A DNA stretch of 64,000 nt. It comes from Deltaproteobacteria bacterium. Lineage in GTDB: Bacteria; Bdellovibrionota_B; Oligoflexia; Oligoflexales; Bog-1112. The position numbers and the translations under genes were made by a program. This document shows positions 58,209-64,000 of the stretch, piece by piece. Every line of letters begins with the position of its first letter. The first letter of the stretch is position 1. Location of the stretch: positions 5,858 through 69,857 of the forward strand of contig CANJLI010000005.1 in the NCBI GenBank assembly GCA_947475005.1, written 5' to 3'. Under the pieces are notes generated by a model. It was not told the origin of the DNA. It saw only the letters and a list, made by a program, of their open reading frames with translations, and did not search any database.

Positions 58209-59921
58209 ATGAAAAAATTACTATTTCCCCTATTTTTACTCAGCTTCCACTCGAGTTTGTTTGGAAATATACCTGCCCATTGCAAATTGATTCGCAAACA
58301 ACTCGAGGTTCATCAACAACCGATTTTCTCCCCTAAAGTTTTCTCAAAGCTCACACAAGGACCGAATTGGGCCACAGACCCAAGCGAATCGGCCGATCAA
58401 AATACCTATCAAGTGGGTATTGCGCTCGATTTGTTGCAATGGATCAATCGAAGCACTGAGGAAGCCTATGCATCAAATGAATGTGAACGCATTACCCAAC
58501 AACTCGAGTTCGAAGAGACCCTGCTCCATATCCCCTTGGTTTTAGAGAAAGAGGCTCTTCTTGCACAAGAGGCTTGGCTGGAAAAAAAACGGGCCAATTT
58601 CCAAGTAGAAACAACTCGATTTAAAGAAAAATGGAAGGCCCACGTGGTGTCTCTACAAGACCTGTGGCAGAGAAAAAAATGGTTGGTACTGATAGATTTA
58701 AAACAGCATGAGATCAGACGAAATCTGAAAAAATTTCCAGAAACATTACGTTGGATGACAGCATCCGAGTTGGGAAAACTTGAAAGAAATCTTACCCATC
58801 GATCCGTACAAACAGCTATGGCACAAGAAAAACGTCAAATACCCAATCCATGGAATTTGTCTCTGCAAACTGGATGGACGAGGAGAACCCTGACTACCGA
58901 GGGAGGTCATGTCGAAGCCCCTTCCCAGCCACGCCCTTATTTTGCCAGTCTGGAATTAAGTTATCTTTTTTTCGCTCCCACCTCCAGCACCTCCAAAATG
59001 TCTGACTTGGAAGCTGCTCATCGAGAAGACTTGGAAACAGGGCTGCACACTCCACATACTCAATTACTAGCTTTGCAAGAAAATTTTCACCAAGAACGTG
59101 AAACCAAAAAGGGTCGCTTATCCATCCTCCAAACCTACCTACAAGATCTTGACAAAACGGTAACAGCGATGGGCTCTCGCACCCATAACAATGATGGCCT
59201 TCGCGTATTTGCCTTTCAGCTCCAACAAGAAAAATTTGGATATGAATTAGAAAAAATTTACCTGGCAAGCCAAATTGAAAAAACAAACTTATTCCTGAAT
59301 GAAATAACAAAAGAAAATTCTACACCTACAGCGATTCCCTCGATACCTTCCGATGCACAGATCATTTCAACTCTGGGGACTCTGGAACGAACAAGATCCG
59401 GTGCATATACAACTTCGAGTAACAAACTACGAACGAAACTGAAAGACCTTCCTGGAACAGGTCTTTCAGTTAGCTTTCTGTATCAGGGGGCCACAGAGGA
59501 AAAATCCAAGCTGTCGAGCGGAAGAATACGTACCCAACTGGGCTTCTTCCTTCGGGCCCTAAACCAATGCAATGGTCTCTATATGATGCTACGCATAGGG
59601 GAAAAAACCGAACTGGTGGTACAGAGTAAACTTAACCCTGGAAAAAGCACCCATATGGAGTGCGAGGCAAATGGATATAAAACCATTGCCCCTCAAGGTG
59701 GCACACCGATTCTGCAGACCTCGATTCAACCAGGTGATCGATTTATTTTGAAAGCCAAGGTGAGCCGCGGCCAACTGCAAGTGTTTTTCAATCAGGCTCT
59801 ACTCTGGCAAGGACCTATTCCCGAAAATGAACTTGCAAATCCAGGATATGCAGCCATACGGAGTGACAACGCAAAAATTGAATTTGAAATTCTAAAGGAT
59901 GAGCCGATCAATGGGACTTGA
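58209..59921 (+). CDS. Secreted protein: helical/coiled-coil N-terminal part plus a C-terminal jelly-roll (LamG/DUF1080-like) region
   Basis: Signal peptide LLFPLFLLSFHSSLFG. The C-terminal ...GQLQVFFNQALLWQGPIP...PGYAAIRSDNAKIEFEILK resembles the DUF1080/LamG ending. Confidence 0.5.
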   Translation: MKKLLFPLFLLSFHSSLFGNIPAHCKLIRKQLEVHQQPIFSPKVFSKLTQGPNWATDPSESADQNTYQVGIALDLLQWINRSTEEAYASNECERITQQLEFEETLLHIPLVLEKEALLAQEAWLEKKRANFQVETTRFKEKWKAHVVSLQDLWQRKKWLVLIDLKQHEIRRNLKKFPETLRWMTASELGKLERNLTHRSVQTAMAQEKRQIPNPWNLSLQTGWTRRTLTTEGGHVEAPSQPRPYFASLELSYLFFAPTSSTSKMSDLEAAHREDLETGLHTPHTQLLALQENFHQERETKKGRLSILQTYLQDLDKTVTAMGSRTHNNDGLRVFAFQLQQEKFGYELEKIYLASQIEKTNLFLNEITKENSTPTAIPSIPSDAQIISTLGTLERTRSGAYTTSSNKLRTKLKDLPGTGLSVSFLYQGATEEKSKLSSGRIRTQLGFFLRALNQCNGLYMMLRIGEKTELVVQSKLNPGKSTHMECEANGYKTIAPQGGTPILQTSIQPGDRFILKAKVSRGQLQVFFNQALLWQGPIPENELANPGYAAIRSDNAKIEFEILKDEPINGT

Positions 59922-61134
59922 CTTCATCACCATGTTCCCTTGGTTTTTTATTTCCATTGTTTTTTTGAATCGCTATTTCTTTGGAATTTTTCTTCTACTC
60001 CTCCATCGATACAAACCTAAATTTTTTCCTCCAGCCACCCCTACTAGCTGGCCCTCTGTAACGGTTATCATTCCCATGTATAATGAAAGCCAGCAGATTT
60101 ATAAGACACTCCACTCTCTTGCGATTCAAGAATACCCAGCAGATAAATTTAAAATTATTGTGGTAGATGATGCCTCAAAAGATGACAGCCTCTTTTGGGC
60201 TCAAAAAGCAGCTGCCGAACATCCGATCATTCAAGTGCTAATCAATCCAACAAATATCGGAAAACGACTGGGGATCAGTCGCGCTCTCCAACTGGCAACC
60301 TCTGAATTTATTGTCTCTGTAGATTCGGATGTGATTGCAGATACCCATGCCATTTGTGAATTGATGAAAGGATTTACAGATGAGAAAATCGCAGCTGTGG
60401 GTGGTCGTGTATATGTGTTGAATTGTCATGAAAATTGGCTTACCAAAATGCAAGCCATCAAATACTTCTTTGGCTACCAGTACCTCAAAAACCTTGAAAA
60501 TGCCTACTCTACAGTACTGTGTTTATCTGGATGTCTGACTGCGTATCGACGCCGTGTGTTGATCGAGCTGGAGCCTATCGTACAAAATCGACATATGTTC
60601 GGTGTACCGATTAAGTATGGAGAAGATCGTTTTTTAACCCGACAAATCATAAAAGCAGGCTATGCAACCCGTCTATGCCCAAAAGCAATCTGTTTTACCA
60701 ACGCTCCAACCACGCTTTCTGGTTATTTTTCACAGCAGCTACGGTGGCGCCGCTCCAACTTGGTAGATTTTTTGGGCAGTCTTTCTCATATCTGGCGATT
60801 GCCTTTGCCCGTTCTCCTTCATTACTTATCTTTACATAGTATTTTATGGGCCTATCCCTTTTTTCTCTGGAGCTCACTTTTAACTGGGCATTTTTTTCAA
60901 GGGACTGTGCTTCATTTTGGTGTTCTTGGTATTTATGGCATGGTTTATCAATTGCAAAAAAAAGAATCCCCCGAACATCTACAGGTAGCAGGCATCCACT
61001 TTCTCTGGATGGCATTCCTGATGCCCGTTACCTATATGGTGTTGTCCGCATTGGCATTGTTTACTTTGGATTCAGGGAGTTGGGAAACGAGAGGCAAGCA
61101 TCAAGAAATACAAAAACCAACCGAAACAGTATGA
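59899..61134 (+). CDS. Processive family-2 glycosyltransferase, NodC/hyaluronan-synthase-like
   Basis: VIIPMYNE, VDDASKDDS, VDSDV, GEDRFLT and QQLRWRRS (Q-x-x-RW), flanked by TM segments. Confidence 0.85.
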   Translation: MSRSMGLDFITMFPWFFISIVFLNRYFFGIFLLLLHRYKPKFFPPATPTSWPSVTVIIPMYNESQQIYKTLHSLAIQEYPADKFKIIVVDDASKDDSLFWAQKAAAEHPIIQVLINPTNIGKRLGISRALQLATSEFIVSVDSDVIADTHAICELMKGFTDEKIAAVGGRVYVLNCHENWLTKMQAIKYFFGYQYLKNLENAYSTVLCLSGCLTAYRRRVLIELEPIVQNRHMFGVPIKYGEDRFLTRQIIKAGYATRLCPKAICFTNAPTTLSGYFSQQLRWRRSNLVDFLGSLSHIWRLPLPVLLHYLSLHSILWAYPFFLWSSLLTGHFFQGTVLHFGVLGIYGMVYQLQKKESPEHLQVAGIHFLWMAFLMPVTYMVLSALALFTLDSGSWETRGKHQEIQKPTETV

Positions 61135-61160
61135 AACTCTATATTCAAAGGAGAATGGAA

Positions 61161-61676
61161 ATGAAAAAACTTGTCTGTATGTTTCTATTAAGTTCAGCAG
61201 CCCCAGCCTTGGCTCGCTCCTTGAAGGCGGAAACACCATGGGTACAACCGTCTCTCACCTACGTAGGATCTGGCAATTGGCGGTCCGATGAAGCCAAAGT
61301 CAAAGGAGGCAAATATACAGCCTCTATGGCCATTACCCAGATCAGTGCGACTGAAAACCAAGTCGACCAAACGTATACGGATAGCTCCGGCATGTTTACT
61401 AGCTGGAGCTACAATGCCGTCCAACGCCCCTCAAAGCCCAGTTATTATGATTTGTACGTAAATGGAGCTGTTGCAGGATGGGGGTACTGCTTTGCAGTAC
61501 AGAAGGGTAAGAAATGCCACTATAACGTGTCTGTAGATGGCATCGATCACGACCTATGGTTTACAGTAAATGGATTTAATCTATTGCGATATGGTTCTCA
61601 TACTGATAGCAACGGCAACCACATTATTTTCCGCGAAAATTTGATTGTTCAAAATCCTCCAAGTCCAAAAGAATAA
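61161..61676 (+). CDS. Small secreted protein (start set at the ATG 7 nt after aaggag)
   Basis: Signal peptide MKKLVCMFLLSSAAPALA. The upstream part of the tracked ORF 60846.. overlaps the GT2 gene and is unlikely to be translated. Confidence 0.6.
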   Translation: MKKLVCMFLLSSAAPALARSLKAETPWVQPSLTYVGSGNWRSDEAKVKGGKYTASMAITQISATENQVDQTYTDSSGMFTSWSYNAVQRPSKPSYYDLYVNGAVAGWGYCFAVQKGKKCHYNVSVDGIDHDLWFTVNGFNLLRYGSHTDSNGNHIIFRENLIVQNPPSPKE

Positions 61677-61796
61677 AAATGCTCAAGTAGTGATGCGCCA
61701 ACCTCCATCCAGATGAACATTTGACAGAACACCTCAACTTGCGTTACTGAAACGAGACTGGCTATAGAGTCTGGTTTAAAAGGATGGAGGTATCCG

Positions 61797-62192
61797 ATGA
61801 GTCGATGGATGTTTGTCTTCCGTGTGGCCTCTTTCAGTGTCCTTGTTTCCTCTGGTGTTTCTTATTGGGCGGTACGCGAAGCCCACGCCATGCAGCAACG
61901 CTCTCACCCGAACCTCACCGCTCATCCCCTTACACCCGAACGATTACAACGCGTCAACTTCTATCTCGATCAGATGATTGCAGAATTTCCAAACGATTTA
62001 TTCCATTCAGAAACACGGGCTTTTTTGCAATCCCTTCGCCATAATGTGGCCCCTAAAGAACGCTATTACAGCTTTCTTCGATTCTCCGAAGGATTCCCTG
62101 CATATGGCTCTCGTTCTTTGGAGTTTGCACCCCACTTTGTGGAGTTGGCTTTTCAAGCCAATCAGGAGATTCACTCCGTTCATGGATTGTGA
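61797..62192 (+). CDS. Hypothetical protein with N-terminal hydrophobic segment
   Basis: 131-aa ORF, FVFRVASFSVLVSSGVSYWAV. No recognised motif. Confidence 0.45.
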   Translation: MSRWMFVFRVASFSVLVSSGVSYWAVREAHAMQQRSHPNLTAHPLTPERLQRVNFYLDQMIAEFPNDLFHSETRAFLQSLRHNVAPKERYYSFLRFSEGFPAYGSRSLEFAPHFVELAFQANQEIHSVHGL

Positions 62193-62750
62193 TTTTTTCT
62201 TTTTTGTTGTTTTTTTGGGAAACCAGCTGCGCAGTTTTCCCAAACCCTTCCTTGCCTCGCAATGGGAGAACGAGGATCCATTTCCAGAATAGCACGTCAA
62301 GGCCGGCGCTCGCTCGGGGCCTCCCACCCTCTCAAAATCGCAGACAGTATTTTAGTCATGGAAGTAATCTCTCGGCTGCGATTTGTGACCCGGGTAGGTC
62401 CCCCCAAGCGGCTGCCCTTGACGCGCCATTCTGGAAATGGATCTCCGTTCTCTCGCTGCTACCAGATCTTTGCAGCTACGGGAGAGAGCGGTAGAATTCC
62501 TTTTGGTTATCATTTGAGGGGCCAAGGGCAGCCAGGTAGAGGGATCCCGGCGGGTCGAAATCGCAGCGGACGTTCTGGGTTCCATGACTGGGGCTTACTC
62601 TGCGATTGAGAGAGTCGGGAAGAATCTGCCTGAGCGCCGGCCTTGGCATCTAACATGATAACCGAAAGGAATCCCACCGCCTTCCCTTGCGAAGCAAGGA
62701 GGTGTGGAAACTGCGCAGCTGGTTCCACGAAAAAAAGAAAAAAGAAAAAA
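62193..62750. repeat. ORF-free ~560-bp nested palindrome: four ~90-bp modules in alternating orientation, capped by inverted copies of the 25-nt core hairpin and by T/C- versus A/G-runs
   Basis: Left cap is t/c-run + gggaaaCCAGCTGCGCAGTtttccc (62217-62241). Right cap is gtggaaACTGCGCAGCTGGttccac (62704-62728) + a/g-run. Internal arms are ccatttccagaat/attctggaaatgg, aaatcgcag/ctgcgattt (twice), caaggccggcgctc/gagcgccggccttg and ccaagggcagcc/ggctgcccttg. Confidence 0.8.
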
Positions 62751-62767
62751 CAACTACCTGGGTAGTT
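62729..62767 (-). terminator. Intrinsic terminator of smpB
   Basis: On the minus strand, hairpin AACTACC-ca-GGTAGTT (62752-62767) sits 14 nt after the smpB stop and is followed by ttttttcttttttcttttttt. Confidence 0.7.
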
Positions 62768-62780
62768 ACAAAGAAAAAAA

Positions 62781-63242
62781 TTACACTCTAACTTTAATTT
62801 TATGATCCCGTTCAATCTCCCGTTGAGTCTCTCGCTTCTTGGTAGTTTGGCGCTTATCGTACTGCTTCTTACCTCGTGCAATAGCAATTTCGACTTTGAC
62901 ATACGCCTTCTTGAGATAGATCTTCAACGGAATAATGGTATTGCCACGAGTGGAAACATGCTCCTCGAGCTGTAGCAATTCCTTTCGATGAAGCAACAGC
63001 TTTCTCGGGCGAGCTTCTGCATGGTTGTGGATATTGCCTTGGGAGTAAGGCGCAATCTTCACCTGCATCAAAAAGGCCTCCCCATCGGGAGTAATATTGA
63101 TCCACCCATCCGTCAGGTGCACATGCCCCTCTCGAATGGATTTGACCTCGGTACCTTGCAGCATAAGACCCGCTTCGAAGGTCTCGATAATTTCATATTC
63201 GTGGAATGCCTTCCGGTTTTGCATCAGAATTTTGAGGGTCAT
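62781..63242 (-). CDS. smpB: SsrA-binding protein
   Basis: NRKAFHEYEIIETFEAGLMLQGTEVKSIR ... IARGKKQYDKR. 153 aa. Confidence 0.95.
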   Translation of the reverse strand: MTLKILMQNRKAFHEYEIIETFEAGLMLQGTEVKSIREGHVHLTDGWINITPDGEAFLMQVKIAPYSQGNIHNHAEARPRKLLLHRKELLQLEEHVSTRGNTIIPLKIYLKKAYVKVEIAIARGKKQYDKRQTTKKRETQREIERDHKIKVRV

Positions 63243-63393
63243 GGAACTTCGTCCCTTATATAATGTAATCTCAAGCTCCTACCAGACTTGGAGACAAAGA
63301 GATACTTTTTCCCGCTTTGTAAACACGATACAAACCTCTGTCTTGTCAAAAAACAAGAAGACCGTATAAAGTCCTCCCCAGAAGGAGGGCGTT

Positions 63394-63786
63394 ATGCTCA
63401 TGATTTCTAAGACAAAAACAGCGACTCTACTCTCTTTCCTTTTCACAGCCTCCTTGTGGGGGGCAGATGAATCAAGACCCTACCTGGAGCACCCACGTAC
63501 AGCAGGAACGGCATATTTTTTCGAGAAAGATTGTTCAAAGGCACGGGAATCGAAAAAGAGACGAGAAGATACTCGAAAAACGACCGTACCCTCTCAGAAA
63601 GAAAAAGAAAAAGAAAAAGATCCAGACATAGCGACTGCTCTATTTGAGCTTTTCTTCGGATACAACCCACCCCTTCAACGCAGCCTAAAAACTCCAAAAC
63701 CTTCCACAGTTTACTTTAAAAATTCTGCTTATGACCCCTCCTCCGCCCCTAAAGACAATCCCAACTTTGACAGAAGAAGGCAGTAG
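63394..63786 (+). CDS. Small secreted protein with a basic KEKEKEK low-complexity stretch
   Basis: Signal peptide MISKTKTATLLSFLFTASLWGAD. Paralogous N-terminus to the next ORF. Confidence 0.5.
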   Translation: MLMISKTKTATLLSFLFTASLWGADESRPYLEHPRTAGTAYFFEKDCSKARESKKRREDTRKTTVPSQKEKEKEKDPDIATALFELFFGYNPPLQRSLKTPKPSTVYFKNSAYDPSSAPKDNPNFDRRRQ

Positions 63787-63790
63787 TCAC

Positions 63791-64000
63791 ATGATTTCTA
63801 AGATAAAAACAGCGGCTCTACTTTCTTTCTTTCTCACTACCCCATTATGGGGGGCTGATAAATTCCACTTTTTGGGCTGGGCGACCTATTATTCATTACT
63901 TCACCCCGATAAAACTTTTTGCCCGATCCCGATTCAGCCCCCACAAAAAGAAAAAGAACCGAGACGAAAATATATCCGAGCAGCTTATCCCACAAGAGAG
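63791..64000 (+). CDS. Partial paralogue of the preceding small secreted protein (runs off the window)
   Basis: ATG at 63791. Translates MISKIKTAALLSFFLTTPLWGADKFHF...PPQKEKEPRRK with no stop to position 64000. Confidence 0.45.
   Translation, partial: MISKIKTAALLSFFLTTPLWGADKFHFLGWATYYSLLHPDKTFCPIPIQPPQKEKEPRRKYIRAAYPTRE

Noticed and set aside
62380-62420. RNase P RNA, suggested by gtgacccgggtaggtcccc resembling E. coli M1 ..GAACCCGGGTAGGCTGC..
   Set aside because: The universally conserved GAGGAAAGTCCGGGC and ACAGAACCCGGCTTA-type blocks are absent on both strands. The match is explained by the internal palindrome.
62193-62750. Retron msr/msd or integron attC sites as an explanation for the nested inverted repeats
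   Set aside because: No reverse transcriptase or integron integrase gene is adjacent. The R'/R'' core sites (GTTRRRY/RYYYAAC) of attC are not apparent at the arm ends.
62193-62780. tmRNA (ssrA) expected next to smpB
   Set aside because: Neither strand shows a tRNA-like 3' end: no GGTTCRANTCC T-arm followed by an acceptor strand and CCA, and no GGGG..5' acceptor partner. There is also no plausible tag reading frame ending in ..LAA-stop. The closest strings (cgggtcgaaatcgc, cgggtcacaaatcgc) lack complementary flanks.
62189-62902. ORFs 62189..62494, 62262..62609, 62352..62585 and 62510..62902 inside the nested palindrome
   Set aside because: They are mirror-image open frames created by the inverted symmetry, with Arg/Gly/Pro/Ser-rich compositions and no RBS. 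One runs antisense into smpB.

Overview
This 64-kb window looks chromosomal and comes from a diderm (Gram-negative-type) bacterium. I cannot name the taxon from sequence alone. All calls rest on reading the sequence and the supplied ORF translations. No database search was run, and repeat coordinates are accurate to a few nt.

Housekeeping backbone:
- gcvP.
- A minus-strand block pyrG-kdsD-lptC-lptA-lptB-rpoN-rapZ.
- valS, tdk and a Ser/Thr kinase, then tmk-holB-PSP1(yaaT/ricT).
- lysC, an MBL hydrolase, ald and a nitronate monooxygenase.
- Two RNA methyltransferases, brnQ, mtgA and argS.
- A phosphoesterase, an EamA transporter, a lone nuoB, a LysE exporter and smpB.

Accessory content:
1. 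A secreted WD40 protein whose seven blades are near-identical 126-bp tandem units. It is bracketed by 35-bp direct repeats.
2. An ion/bicarbonate islet: an overlapping beta-carbonic anhydrase and bestrophin pair, a divergent NhaR-like LysR regulator, TerC and a CorA-like protein. It ends at an IS3 transposase remnant.
3. HigBA and MazEF toxin-antitoxin pairs.
4. Four signal-peptide proteins at 11.7-16.5 kb, three of them paralogues that share a duplicated upstream region.
5. A visibly AT-rich ~8.5-kb island (34.1-42.6 kb) of seven lipobox/signal-anchored glycan enzymes. These are two GH16 genes plus a truncated third copy, a CgeB-like GT, two GT25, one GT32 and an unknown protein.
6. A tightly packed operon at 57.0-61.7 kb: an MFP-like protein, a secreted coiled-coil/jelly-roll protein, a NodC/HAS-like processive GT2 and a small secreted protein.

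Non-coding structure is the most unusual aspect:
- A ~40-nt hairpin unit is arranged as REPIN-like inverted pairs at 8 intergenic loci, and its stems vary in a compensatory way.
- A second short palindrome family (GGGGACAC...GTGTCCCC) often flanks the first.
- A 74-bp T-run/hairpin/A-run palindrome fills the valS-tdk gap.
- An ORF-free ~560-bp nested palindrome lies next to smpB. It reuses the 25-nt core of the valS-tdk palindrome at both ends.

I found no rRNA, tRNA, tmRNA or CRISPR array.
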